Positions 46,055 to 56,192 of a stretch of DNA of 64,000 nucleotides are shown here, piece after piece. The stretch comes from an uncultured Candidatus Berkelbacteria bacterium (GTDB taxonomy: Bacteria > Patescibacteriota > UBA1384 > UBA12157 > JAENIV01). The notes under the pieces were generated by a model. The model was not told where the DNA came from. It saw only the letters and a list, made by a program, of their open reading frames with translations, and did no database searches. Position numbers and translations under genes: made by a program. The stretch is from NCBI GenBank assembly GCA_963698075.1, contig OY969116.1, positions 862,131-926,130 on the forward strand. Reading direction: 5' to 3'. Within the stretch, counting starts at the first letter, position 1, and each line of letters opens with the position of its first letter.

Positions 46055-46512
46055 AATTAGAGATGAGGAAAGGGGGCAGCCATGGGTAGGTGGATAGCGA
46101 TTCTGCTGGCCATACTGGCCTTGATACTGGCCAGTGGGGTTCGATAATGATCGGGTAGCTGCGTCTGGGTGCGAGGTGCCGAGGAAGCACGATGCGTCGT
46201 GTGAGGCGAAGTCCCCGTCCTGGATAATGATACTCGAAAAAGGGTATCAGCCTCGCACCCTCGAGCTGCCAGGTTAAAAACCGGGGCTCGGGCCGAGCCC
46301 ACAAACCACAAGACACGGTGAGTTAAGATGGCATCCCGAAAGGGATAGCTACGACAAGCCGACTCCAACGTGGTTTACCACCAAAGAGGATACAAAGGTT
46401 TCGTTTCTGCTGGGGATGTTTCCCCAGTTGGTAACGGTTCCTTCCCCTGCCTGGTAGCTCTTTCGAGCCCGCGACGAAGCGCGGTCGCGCTTCGTCGCCT
46501 CATCCCTGATTC
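46054..46512 (+). ncRNA. Putative long structured RNA/leader-trailer, family unknown
   Basis: 5' and 3' ends complementary (14/15 incl. one G-U), many internal stems, no credible long ORF, upstream TTGACA at 45970. Confidence 0.45.
46082..46147 (+). CDS. 21-aa hydrophobic peptide (not in ORF track)
   Basis: GAGGAAAGGGGG SD; MGRWIAILLAILALILASGVR*. Confidence 0.5.
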   Translation: MGRWIAILLAILALILASGVR

Positions 46513-46592
46513 TTAAGATTTTAATGGCTCACCTCTTGAGCCGTTAGATTTAAGATAGACTTTGAACTAAAAGTGTGGTAAACTATCGCCAT

Positions 46593-48551
46593 ATGGAGTT
46601 TAAGATATCCTCAAAATTCAAACCTGCCGGTGATCAGCCGCAGGCGATTGACGAATTGGTGGCAGGTCTTAAGAAAGGCAATAAACATCAGACTCTTTTG
46701 GGTGTCACCGGTTCCGGCAAGACTTTTACGATGGCTAATGTAATTGAAAAAGTCCAGCGGCCAACTTTAGTAATTGCCCACAATAAAACGCTCGCAGCCC
46801 AATTGGCGGCGGAATTTCGCGCCTTTTTCCCCAACAGCGCGGTCGAATATTTTGTCTCCTACTATGATTATTATCAGCCCGAGGCCTATTTACCGACGAC
46901 TGATATCTACATTGAAAAAGAAGTTGAAATCAATGAAGAAATTGATCGTCTGCGGCATGCCGCCACCCAGGCATTACTCGCGCGGCGGGATGTAATTATT
47001 GTCGCCTCGGTCTCTTGTATCTATGGCTTAGGCAGCCCCGAGTTGTATCGCGAGAGCTTTTTAAGTTTAAAGATCGGTCAGCGAATATCACGCGACGAAA
47101 TTATCCATAAACTGATTGATTTATACTTTTCACGTTCCGAGATTCTCGGCCGGGGTAAGTTTCGCGTTCACGGCGAAATCATTGATATTGTGCCAGCCGA
47201 TCAGGAAGTCGTTATTCGTTTAGAAATACATTCCAATATTCTGCAGAATGTCGGAATATTTGATATGGTGTCGATGAGAAAATTGTTAGCGGAAAAAGAA
47301 ATTACACTTTATCCGGCCAAGCATTTTGTAGTTGATGAGCCGACGATGGCGCAAGCGATTGGCGAAATCGAGAAAGAATTGGAAGAAAGATTAAAATATT
47401 TTGAAAAAGAAGGCAAAATTATTGAAGCCGAACGTTTGCGTCGCCGCACCCGTTATGATTTAGAACTTTTGCGCGAAATTGGTTATTGTCCGGGAATCGA
47501 GAATTATTCGCGATACTTAACTGGCCGCCGCGAAGGCCAGGCGCCTTATACCCTCATCGATTATTTTCCCGAAGGCTATTTATTGATCATTGATGAATCA
47601 CACGTGACCGTGCCTCAACTTAATGGGATGTATGAAGGTGATAAATCGCGTAAAGATTCTTTGGTTGAACATGGGTTTCGTTTGCCGAGCGCTCGCGACA
47701 ATCGGCCGTTAAAATTTCCGGAATTTTTGGGCAAAATTAATCAAGTTATTTATACTTCAGCCACTCCGGCCAAATTTGAGCGGGAAAAATCAAACCAAAT
47801 CGTCGAACAAATTATTCGCCCAACCGGCTTAGTTGATCCGGAAGTTGAAGTTCGGCCAATTATTGGTCAAGTTGATGATTTAGTCAAAGAAATTCAAGAA
47901 AGAACTCGCCACGGCGAGCGGGTTTTGGTGACGACCTTGACCAAGCGTATGGCAGAAGATTTATCAGAACATCTCAAAGAAGCTGGCATCCGTGCCGAAT
48001 ATTTACATAGTGAAGTTCAAACTTTGGATCGGGTTGGGATTTTGGATAATCTTCGCAAAGGCGAATTTGATGTTTTAGTTGGCGTTAACTTATTGCGAGA
48101 GGGATTGGATTTGCCAGAAGTATCATTGGTGGCGATTTTAGATGCCGACAAAGAAGGATTTTTGCGAAGTGATGTTTCTTTGATCCAAACCATCGGTCGG
48201 GCGGCACGTAATGTCCGCGGTAAAGTGATTTTGTATGCCGATAACATCACCGGCTCAATGAAGAGAGCGATTTCGGAAACCATCCGCCGCCGCCAGATGC
48301 AAATTGAGTTTAATAAAAAACATCATATTACTCCCAAGACTATCCAAAAAGCGATTCAAACGATTATTGATCACGAACTCAAACCAGAAGTGACGCGCGA
48401 GTATATTAACCTCGAAAATTTAGAAGATGTCCCAGTTGTCATTAAAGCCAAAACTGAAGAAATGAAAAAAGCCGCTAAGGAATTGCGCTTTGAAGAAGCG
48501 GCTATTTTAAGAGATGAGATTGTTCAGTTAAAGAGATTAAGAATTAGATAG
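46593..48551 (+). CDS. uvrB: Excinuclease ABC subunit B
   Basis: GVTGSGKT, YYDYYQPEAY, DESH, NLLREGLD, QTIGRAARN. Confidence 0.97.
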   Translation: MEFKISSKFKPAGDQPQAIDELVAGLKKGNKHQTLLGVTGSGKTFTMANVIEKVQRPTLVIAHNKTLAAQLAAEFRAFFPNSAVEYFVSYYDYYQPEAYLPTTDIYIEKEVEINEEIDRLRHAATQALLARRDVIIVASVSCIYGLGSPELYRESFLSLKIGQRISRDEIIHKLIDLYFSRSEILGRGKFRVHGEIIDIVPADQEVVIRLEIHSNILQNVGIFDMVSMRKLLAEKEITLYPAKHFVVDEPTMAQAIGEIEKELEERLKYFEKEGKIIEAERLRRRTRYDLELLREIGYCPGIENYSRYLTGRREGQAPYTLIDYFPEGYLLIIDESHVTVPQLNGMYEGDKSRKDSLVEHGFRLPSARDNRPLKFPEFLGKINQVIYTSATPAKFEREKSNQIVEQIIRPTGLVDPEVEVRPIIGQVDDLVKEIQERTRHGERVLVTTLTKRMAEDLSEHLKEAGIRAEYLHSEVQTLDRVGILDNLRKGEFDVLVGVNLLREGLDLPEVSLVAILDADKEGFLRSDVSLIQTIGRAARNVRGKVILYADNITGSMKRAISETIRRRQMQIEFNKKHHITPKTIQKAIQTIIDHELKPEVTREYINLENLEDVPVVIKAKTEEMKKAAKELRFEEAAILRDEIVQLKRLRIR

Positions 48552-48650
48552 TAGATTTTTGATTTAATTAATGATATAATAACATCGCACATTTAATAAA
48601 TTGTATAGGGAAACCCGCGAAAAGCGGGTACTATTTGCGTTTATGTACGA

Positions 48651-48720
48651 CCCCAGCATAACTCCTTCCTGACTTATTGAACTACGTTCAATCACGCAGG
48701 AGCGTCGTATGCGGGGCAGG
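48651..48720 (+). mobile_element. 70-bp hairpin insertion element
   Basis: CCCCAGCATA...TTGAACTACGTTCAA...TATGCGGGGCAGG; interrupts a GAC codon of relic uvrA start. Confidence 0.6.
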
Positions 48721-48768
48721 CAAAATCATCATGTATGACAAAATTATAATTCGCGGAGCTCGAGAACA

Positions 48769-48837
48769 CCCCAGCACAAAAGCTTACTGGTTTACAGAAC
48801 TACGTTCTGTCACGCCGTGCGCTTTATGCGGGGCAAG
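48769..48837 (+). mobile_element. 69-bp hairpin insertion element
   Basis: CCCCAGCACA...ACAGAACTACGTTCTGT...TATGCGGGGCAAG; interrupts a CAT codon of relic uvrA start. Confidence 0.6.
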
Positions 48838-48848
48838 TAATTTAAAAA

Positions 48849-51665
48849 ATGTTACAAAATATTATTATTAAAGGCGCGCGCGAACATAACCTGAAGAATA
48901 TCGATTTAGTTTTGCCGCGGAACAAATTTATCGTTTTTACCGGACTTTCCGGATCAGGAAAGTCGACTTTGGCGTTTGACACGATTTACGCTGAAGGTCA
49001 ACGTCGCTACTTAGAATCGCTTTCAAGTTATGCGCGGCAATTCTTAGGTCAAATGGAAAAACCCAATATCGAATCAATCGAAGGATTATCGCCGGCGATT
49101 TCAATTGACCAAAAAGCCGCCTCCCACAACCCCCGCTCAACCGTGGGCACGGTAACCGAAATCTATGATTATTTAAGAGTTCTTTTTGCTCGCATCGGCG
49201 TACCTCATTGTCCGATCGGCGGCGAGCCAATCACTAAACTTTCTGTCGAGCAGATGGTAGAAAGAATCCTCGACATCGGCGAAGACAATCAAATCAAAAT
49301 CTTGGCGCCAATTGTGCGTGGTAGAAAAGGCGAGTATCACACTTTGTTTGAAAATTTATTCAAGCAAGGATTTTCCAAAGTCCGCGTCAATGGCAAGGTG
49401 CGCAAACTTACCGAAAAGATTCCCTTAGAAAGATATGAGCAACACACCGTTGAAGTTTTAATTGACGAGGTCGAGGTCTCATCGGAAAATATCGCGCGAA
49501 TCACTGACGATATCGAACAGTCGCTCAAATTGGCTGACGGCTTGGTAACAATTGTTCATCAAAAAAATGAACAAACTTTCAATCAAAAATTATCTTGTCC
49601 GATTCATGGCGCCAGTATTCCCGAAATTGAGCCACGGATATTTTCATTTAATAGTCCTTTCGGCGCTTGCCCGGAATGCGATGGCTTGGGCGCCAAAAAA
49701 GAAATTGATGTCAACTTGATTATTCCGGATAAAAATTTATCAATTGCTCAGGGCGCAATTATGCCGCTTTCCTACAAACCCAATAATTATTACGGCGTGG
49801 TTTTGCGAGCGGCGGCTGACCGTCTGGGTTTTTCTGAACACACACCAATTTCCAACATGCCAGATGAAAGATTGAATGATATTTTGTTCGGCACTGGCGA
49901 TATCCAAACTTTGCGCATTCGCTACTGGACTCACGGTCAGGCACGGACTTTTTGGATTAATTTTGAAGGGATTATTCCTTTACTCGAACGCCGCTATCGC
50001 CAAACAGAATCTGACAATGTTCGCCGCGAGATTGAACGTTATATGAGCCAAACGCCATGTCCTCTCTGCCAGGGCGCGCGGTTAAAAAAAGAAAGTCTGC
50101 TAGTCAAAATCGCCGGTCAAAATATCTCCCAAGTGACAGCAATGTCAGTGGCTAAGGCCCTGGAATTTTTTGAAGGTTTAGAGTTATCAAAGCGCGAGAT
50201 TCTTATTGCCGAAAAAATCTTAAATGAAATCAAAAACCGCTTAAAATTTCTGGTCAATGTTGGCTTGGATTATTTGACTTTGGATAGAGCGGCGTTTACT
50301 TTGGCCGGCGGGGAAGCACAACGTATCCGGCTGGCATCTCAGATCGGTTCGGGGCTAGTCGGTGTTTTGTATATTCTCGATGAGCCATCAATCGGTTTGC
50401 ACGCCCGCGATAATATTCGTTTATTGGAAACTCTCAAACATTTGCGCGATTTGGGCAATACAGTTTTAGTCATTGAGCATGATGAAGAAACCATGCGCGA
50501 GGCAGATGAAATTGTCGATATCGGGCCAGGGGCCGGCAAGAGTGGCGGTCAAATTGTGGCTCAAGGAAACGCCGAGGATATTATCGCCAATCCCGAATCA
50601 ATTACCGGCCAATATTTGTCAGGCAAAAAGAAAATCGAAATTCCTGAAAGTCGCCGCAAGATTAAAGATAAATATCTCACTATCATCGGCGCTGGCGAAA
50701 ATAATTTGAAGAATCTCACCATCCATATTCCCTTGGGCGTTTTTGTTGGTGTCACCGGCGTCTCCGGCTCGGGCAAGTCAACTTTAGTCAATGAGATTTT
50801 GTATAAAGCCCTGGCCCGAAAACTGACGGGTGCTTTGGAACGACCTGGCAAACACGCCCGCATTGAAGGCGCGGAATTTTTAGATAAAGCCATTATTATT
50901 GATCAATCGCCGATTGGCCGAACCCCGCGCTCAAACCCGGCAACTTACACCAATCTTTTTACCCCGATTCGCGAACTATTTTCCAAAACCCGTGAAGCGA
51001 GAATGCGCGGCTATAGCCCCGGCCGTTTTTCTTTTAATGTTGCTGGTGGTCGCTGCGATAATTGCGAGGGCGATGGTTTGATCAAAATCGAAATGCATTT
51101 TATGCCCGATATATACATTCCTTGTGATGTCTGCGATGGCAAACGTTTTAATCGCGAAACCTTGGAAGTCAAATACAAAGAAAAAAATATCGCCGATGTT
51201 TTGGCAATGACGGTTGACGAAGCCTTGGAATTTTTCCGCGACATTCCCAAAATCGCCGATATTTTAGAAATTTTAAAAGACGTTGGTTTGGGCTATATTC
51301 ATTTGGGGCAGGCAGCAACGACTTTATCCGGTGGAGAAGCCCAGCGCGTCAAATTGGCCGAAGAATTGGCGCGCCGGGCAACTGGCAAAACCTTATATAT
51401 TTTAGACGAACCAACTACCGGATTGCACTTCGACGATATTAAAAAATTATTAGCGGTTTTACAAAGATTGGTTGATACGGGAAATACGGTTGTCATTATC
51501 GAACACAATTTGGACGTCATTAAACAAGTTGACTATATTATTGATTTAGGTCCCGAAGGCGGGGATGATGGTGGCCGCCTCATCGCCACTGGCAGTCCCG
51601 AAGACATCACCAAAATCGAAAAATCATATACTGGGCAGTATTTAAAAAAAGTCCTTAAAAAATAA
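48849..51665 (+). CDS. uvrA: Excinuclease ABC subunit A
   Basis: GAREHNLKN, two Walker A (GLSGSGKS, GVSGSGKS), LSGGEAQR, zinc fingers. Confidence 0.97.
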   Translation: MLQNIIIKGAREHNLKNIDLVLPRNKFIVFTGLSGSGKSTLAFDTIYAEGQRRYLESLSSYARQFLGQMEKPNIESIEGLSPAISIDQKAASHNPRSTVGTVTEIYDYLRVLFARIGVPHCPIGGEPITKLSVEQMVERILDIGEDNQIKILAPIVRGRKGEYHTLFENLFKQGFSKVRVNGKVRKLTEKIPLERYEQHTVEVLIDEVEVSSENIARITDDIEQSLKLADGLVTIVHQKNEQTFNQKLSCPIHGASIPEIEPRIFSFNSPFGACPECDGLGAKKEIDVNLIIPDKNLSIAQGAIMPLSYKPNNYYGVVLRAAADRLGFSEHTPISNMPDERLNDILFGTGDIQTLRIRYWTHGQARTFWINFEGIIPLLERRYRQTESDNVRREIERYMSQTPCPLCQGARLKKESLLVKIAGQNISQVTAMSVAKALEFFEGLELSKREILIAEKILNEIKNRLKFLVNVGLDYLTLDRAAFTLAGGEAQRIRLASQIGSGLVGVLYILDEPSIGLHARDNIRLLETLKHLRDLGNTVLVIEHDEETMREADEIVDIGPGAGKSGGQIVAQGNAEDIIANPESITGQYLSGKKKIEIPESRRKIKDKYLTIIGAGENNLKNLTIHIPLGVFVGVTGVSGSGKSTLVNEILYKALARKLTGALERPGKHARIEGAEFLDKAIIIDQSPIGRTPRSNPATYTNLFTPIRELFSKTREARMRGYSPGRFSFNVAGGRCDNCEGDGLIKIEMHFMPDIYIPCDVCDGKRFNRETLEVKYKEKNIADVLAMTVDEALEFFRDIPKIADILEILKDVGLGYIHLGQAATTLSGGEAQRVKLAEELARRATGKTLYILDEPTTGLHFDDIKKLLAVLQRLVDTGNTVVIIEHNLDVIKQVDYIIDLGPEGGDDGGRLIATGSPEDITKIEKSYTGQYLKKVLKK

Positions 51666-51721
51666 ACGAAAGCCCCCGTAACACTTACGAGGGCGAATGA
51701 GACGTAGTAGTCGCGGCGTCT

Positions 51722-52159
51722 TTATGAAGGTTGAAAGATGGTGGCCCTATCAAACCGACTTAAGGCGCTGATAACTGCTTGATTGCGTTGTTCATAGTAC
51801 TCTTCAAGCGTGACGAACTCAGCAGCAATGGGAGATCCAGGAGTATCGGGGATCTTGACAAAGGAAATCCTGGGCTTGACTGGCCGGTGATATAGGTGAT
51901 GTGCCGCGATGTAGCCATCAACTATTCTTCGAACTTCTCGCTCGGGATGGTTACAGGCCCAGGTCAACAGAAATACAGGCTTGTTTTGGTCCTTGGGATT
52001 CGGCTCAACAACCATGGTAGCTTCTAACTCCAATGAAGCGGGAACTGCGAGATGGGCATTTCTTAACCGATTACGAATTGCTTGACTGTGACTTTGGGGG
52101 AATGAACAGTGATGAAGTACTGCTTGTCTAAGATCGAACGAAATTTCGTACTTCGGCAT
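51722..52159 (-). CDS. Hypothetical orphan protein
   Basis: GAGGAG SD, own TTGACA/TATAAT promoter (~52189-52216), hairpin at 51672-51694. Confidence 0.65.
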   Translation of the reverse strand: MPKYEISFDLRQAVLHHCSFPQSHSQAIRNRLRNAHLAVPASLELEATMVVEPNPKDQNKPVFLLTWACNHPEREVRRIVDGYIAAHHLYHRPVKPRISFVKIPDTPGSPIAAEFVTLEEYYEQRNQAVISALSRFDRATIFQPS

Positions 52160-52260
52160 CTGTCCTCTCCTCTTTGAAGGATAACAACATTATAATAAAT
52201 CTACGATTGATGTCAAGAAAATGTTGCGATATATCGCTGAAAGCGTTATAATCGATTGTC

Positions 52261-53466
52261 ATGGAAAACGCAAAACTTTTATTCAAAATCAAAAAATTTC
52301 CTGACACCCCGGGTGTTTATATTATGCGCGATGCGCGACGGCGGCCCTTGTATATTGGCAAGGCGTCATCGCTCAAGCGGCGCGTCTTGTCGTACTTTCA
52401 GCGGCCGCAGGAGACGCGTTTAGAGCAAATGTTGGCGCGAGTATATAGTATCGAAACCAAGAAAACCGATTCAGTTATCGAGGCGCTGTTTTTAGAAAAC
52501 GAACTCATTAAAAAATATAAACCAAAATATAATGTCAAACTTAAAGATGATAAAACTTTTTTGGGCATTTTTATTACCCAAGAAGATTGGCCGCGGATTT
52601 ATCCGGCCAGAATTACCCAGAAATTACCAAAGGGCGAGTTTTACGGCCCATTTCCTTCAGCTGGACAAGTGCGCGAAGCCCTGCAAATTATCCGGAGAAT
52701 TTTTCCATTTAGAGTTTCCTGCACGCCTCTTTCTGGTAAAGCGTGCTTTGAATATCACCTGGGTCAATGCCCGGGGGTCTGCGCGGGCAAAATTAAGGTG
52801 CGAGAATACCAAAAAACGATTCATCAAATTAAATTATTCTTAAAAGGCAAAAAGAAAAGTGTTATTAAAGAACTTGAGAAAGATATGAGACAGGCGGCCA
52901 AAGACACGGATTTTGAAAAGGCGGCGAAAATTCGCGACCGAATTTTCGCTCTCCGTCACATCCAAGACGTTGCTTTAATCCAAGAAGAAGATCTGCGTCA
53001 TCCCGAAGATATTCCGAGCCGGATTGAAGCCTATGACGTCTCCAATATCTCCGGTTCTTTTGCTGTTGGTTCGATGGTTGTTTTTAGCGAAGGTTTAGTT
53101 GATAAAAGCCAATATCGCAAATTTAAGATCCAAATTTCCGAAGCTTGGAAAAGAGGGGCTGACGATGTCGCGGCCCTTAAAGAGATTCTCTCGCGCCGAC
53201 TTAATCATACCGAATGGCCATATCCTGATTTAATTTTAATCGATGGCGGCAAAGGACAAGTAAATGGTGCGCGCGAAATCTTAAAAGCCCGACGGCTTAG
53301 CATTCCGATCGTTGGTATTGCCAAAGGGCCGGAGCGGGATAAAGATGAAGTTATCGGTTTGGAGAATCTTCCCATCGATAAAAAATTGCTTCTGCGCGTC
53401 CGCGACGAAGCCCATAGGTTTGCCGTGCAATATTATCGGTTGAGACATAGAAAAAACTTAAAATAA
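52261..53466 (+). CDS. uvrC: Excinuclease ABC subunit C (short, lacking C-terminal HhH)
   Basis: GIY-YIG (PGVY..YIGKA), UVR domain, RIEAYDVSN, LIDGGKGQ, RDEAHRFA. Confidence 0.88.
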   Translation: MENAKLLFKIKKFPDTPGVYIMRDARRRPLYIGKASSLKRRVLSYFQRPQETRLEQMLARVYSIETKKTDSVIEALFLENELIKKYKPKYNVKLKDDKTFLGIFITQEDWPRIYPARITQKLPKGEFYGPFPSAGQVREALQIIRRIFPFRVSCTPLSGKACFEYHLGQCPGVCAGKIKVREYQKTIHQIKLFLKGKKKSVIKELEKDMRQAAKDTDFEKAAKIRDRIFALRHIQDVALIQEEDLRHPEDIPSRIEAYDVSNISGSFAVGSMVVFSEGLVDKSQYRKFKIQISEAWKRGADDVAALKEILSRRLNHTEWPYPDLILIDGGKGQVNGAREILKARRLSIPIVGIAKGPERDKDEVIGLENLPIDKKLLLRVRDEAHRFAVQYYRLRHRKNLK

Positions 53467-53545
53467 ATAGTATAGTGGAACTAAAGGCTAGATCCGCCGT
53501 TGGCGGATCGCCCGGCCGCACTTGGTGCGGCATAGGGAGGTAATT

Positions 53546-54355
53546 TTGCATCGTCCTCTTATTGTTGCTAATTGGAAAATGAATACAACGCTCGCTGATT
53601 CAATCGTTTTGGCAACGCAGATTAAAAATGCCGTTTCGGATTTGGATGTTGAAGTTGTTCTTTGCCCACCTTTTATCTGGCTGGTACCCTTGGCGGAAAT
53701 TTTAGAACATGCCCCGGCTAATATCTCGCTTGGAGCTCAAAATATGTGGTTTGCCGATAAAGGACCAATGACTGGCGAAATTTCCCCTTTAATGCTTAAA
53801 GGTTTAGCCAAATATGTAATTTTAGGTCACAGTGAACGTCGGCTTCATTTTAGTGAATCAAATGCTCTTATTAATGATAAGATCCATGCCGCTCTCCAAT
53901 ATGGAATTACCCCGATTGTCTGTGTCGGCGAACTAAAAAAAATGCAGGAAATAAAACGGGCGCGGGGAAGACCGACAAAATTAGAGGCGAGATCAAATAT
54001 CCTTCAGCAATTAGAAAGCGTCCTAAAAGGGATAAGCCATGAAAATATTGAAAAAATTGTTTTTTGTTATGAGCCTGTCTGGGCGATAAGTAAAGGGACG
54101 CCAGAATCTCGTAACCCGGCGGATGGCGCTTATTCAAACTTAGTCATCGAAAAATTAAGAAATGAAGTCTTGGCCAGAAAATATGGTCAGACGATTGCTG
54201 AGCAGGCCCGATTTATTTACGGCGGCTCAGTTGACGCGTCAAATATTAATGAATTTCTTTTCCAACCGGAAATTGACGGTGCCTTAGTCGGTGGAGCTTC
54301 TTTAAATGCCAAAGAATTTATCATGATTTGCCAGGAGGCAAGCGGGAGAGAATAA
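53546..54355 (+). CDS. tpiA: Triosephosphate isomerase
   Basis: ANWKMN, GHSERR, YEPVWAI, YGGSV, LVGGASL. Confidence 0.95.
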   Translation: MHRPLIVANWKMNTTLADSIVLATQIKNAVSDLDVEVVLCPPFIWLVPLAEILEHAPANISLGAQNMWFADKGPMTGEISPLMLKGLAKYVILGHSERRLHFSESNALINDKIHAALQYGITPIVCVGELKKMQEIKRARGRPTKLEARSNILQQLESVLKGISHENIEKIVFCYEPVWAISKGTPESRNPADGAYSNLVIEKLRNEVLARKYGQTIAEQARFIYGGSVDASNINEFLFQPEIDGALVGGASLNAKEFIMICQEASGRE

Positions 54356-55185
54356 TGTTAGTTTCGTCAAAGCAAATGGTTCTTGAGGCTAGGGCTAAAA
54401 AATACGCCATCGGTTGTTTTAATACTTCAGATTTAGAAATTACTAAAGCGATCATTCGGGCGGCTGAGGCCCAAAAATCACCGATAATCATTGCCACCTC
54501 GCCTAAAGCCATCGAATATGCCGGGCTCGAGACTTTAGCTTCAATCATTCGATCCGAGGCCGAGAATACCCAAATCCCGGTAGCTTTGCACTTGGATCAT
54601 GGCCTTACTTTGGACATGGTGGAAAATTGTCTAAACATTGGCTATACTTCGGTGATGTTTGACGGTTCGGGATCCGATTTAGAACACAATGAAATCCTGA
54701 CTCGTCAGGCGGTGGAAATGGCTCATTCTCATGATGTCCCTTGCGAAGGCGAACTCGGGTCTTTGGGTAAGGCCGGCCAAAACCGCAGTCGATTAACTAA
54801 CCCTGATGATGTGATTGAATTCGTCCAAAAAACCAGTATCGATTATTTGGCCATTTCCATTGGTTCTGAGCACGGCATTGGGGAAAATGAGGTCTTAGAC
54901 ATTAAATTGCTAAAAAAGATCAATTCATTGACCCACGCCCCGCTCGTTTTACATGGTGCCTCAGGCGTGTCTCGTGATGATATTAAGAAGGCAATCCAGA
55001 ATGGAATCGCTAAAATTAATATTGATACTGATATTCGCCATACTTTCTCTAAATCCATTCGCGAAATTCTAAGGCAAAATACCCAGGAAAAAGATCCTCG
55101 CGAGATTTTATCCGAAGTGATGAATGACGTTCAAAAATTGATTGAAGCAAAAATTAAATTGTATGGGTCAAATAATAAAATATGA
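54355..55185 (+). CDS. fba: Class II fructose-bisphosphate aldolase
   Basis: LHLDHG, SVMFDGS, EGELG, LVLHGASG, KINIDT. Confidence 0.92.
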   Translation: MLVSSKQMVLEARAKKYAIGCFNTSDLEITKAIIRAAEAQKSPIIIATSPKAIEYAGLETLASIIRSEAENTQIPVALHLDHGLTLDMVENCLNIGYTSVMFDGSGSDLEHNEILTRQAVEMAHSHDVPCEGELGSLGKAGQNRSRLTNPDDVIEFVQKTSIDYLAISIGSEHGIGENEVLDIKLLKKINSLTHAPLVLHGASGVSRDDIKKAIQNGIAKINIDTDIRHTFSKSIREILRQNTQEKDPREILSEVMNDVQKLIEAKIKLYGSNNKI

Positions 55186-56192
55186 CATATGAAATTGTTA
55201 CAATTGGTGATTGTATGCGGGATATTTTCCTTTTTCCTGATGTCACAGAGATGGAAAAACCGGCTCGAGGTGAAAAAATCAGAGAGAACTCGGAATTTGA
55301 AAAATATCTCGTTTTTGGCCTCGGTGACAAAATCACGATATCCGATGTTGAATTTTCTGTCGGCGGCACGGCCGCTAATGTTGCCTCAGGCCTTTCAAAA
55401 TTAAGTTTTAAAACAGCGATTATTTCTGCGGTTGGCTCGGATCATGCCGGTATCGATGTTAGAGAAAAGTTACAAACTCAAAAAGTTTCAACCAGTCTCA
55501 TCAAGGTCTATCATAGTAAAAAAACCAGCTTTTCTGTTATTGTGTCGTACAAGGGCGAACGAACAATTTTTGTTTATCACGCTTACGAGCCCCAAAATTT
55601 CCATTTACCAGAGAATCTTGATACACGCTGGCTTTATCTAGGGCCGATGGCTAAGGATTTTGAAAGATTGTTCGATCAGGTCGTTGCCGAGGTGGTCAAA
55701 AAAGACCTGAAAGTTGCCGTCAATCCGGGGGCGGTGCAAATAGAAGCTGGTCTTCATTCATTCGGTGGTCTTTTAAGATTAATAGACATAATTTTTTTAA
55801 ATCGTGAGGAGGCCCAAAAATTATCCGGGTTACCTGGCGTGTCGGATATTCGCGATTTGGCCAAGATAATTCTTGCTCAAGGGCCAAAAATCGTGGTCAT
55901 CACTTGTGGTAAAGAGGGCGCCTATGCTTATAATGGCTTGGATTTTTATCGGGTTGGTGCTTACCCGGCCCACCGCGTTGATGCCACTGGCGCCGGCGAT
56001 GCCTTTGCGGCCGGTTTTCTTGCTGGTATAATAGAAGAGCAAAATCTTCCGACTTCGCTAAAGTGGGGCGTCATTAATTCAGCTTCAGTGATTGGAAAAA
56101 TCGGCGCCCAAGAAGGTTTGCTTTCAAAAGGAATTATAAAGAGGAGGGCAAAGGAGTATCGATGGCCCGCCGACACCTTGCGATTTTCCTGA
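55182..56192 (+). CDS. PfkB-family carbohydrate kinase
   Basis: GGTAANVA, NREEA, DATGAGDAF. Confidence 0.9.
   Translation: MTYEIVTIGDCMRDIFLFPDVTEMEKPARGEKIRENSEFEKYLVFGLGDKITISDVEFSVGGTAANVASGLSKLSFKTAIISAVGSDHAGIDVREKLQTQKVSTSLIKVYHSKKTSFSVIVSYKGERTIFVYHAYEPQNFHLPENLDTRWLYLGPMAKDFERLFDQVVAEVVKKDLKVAVNPGAVQIEAGLHSFGGLLRLIDIIFLNREEAQKLSGLPGVSDIRDLAKIILAQGPKIVVITCGKEGAYAYNGLDFYRVGAYPAHRVDATGAGDAFAAGFLAGIIEEQNLPTSLKWGVINSASVIGKIGAQEGLLSKGIIKRRAKEYRWPADTLRFS

Larger units (their letters stand above)
48643..48871 (+). pseudogene. Two relic copies of the uvrA 5' end, each split by a hairpin element
   Basis: ATGTACGA|element|CAAAATCATC (MYDKII) and MYDKIIIRGAREH|element|NLKNV. Confidence 0.7.

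Noticed and set aside
46017-46368. Minus-strand ORFs of 99 and 103 aa
   Set aside because: No SD, weak starts, unprotein-like composition; overlap the structured region
46054-46512. RNase P RNA, tmRNA, SRP RNA or group II intron
   Set aside because: GAGGAAAG is not followed by GTCC/GTTC and no ACAGAA..CGGCTTA end; no tRNA-like CCA end; no SRP domain IV; no intron domain V
48643-48871. Hairpin elements as introns restoring a longer UvrA
   Set aside because: Removing both gives a frame that stops at 48871 and is out of frame with uvrA at 48849
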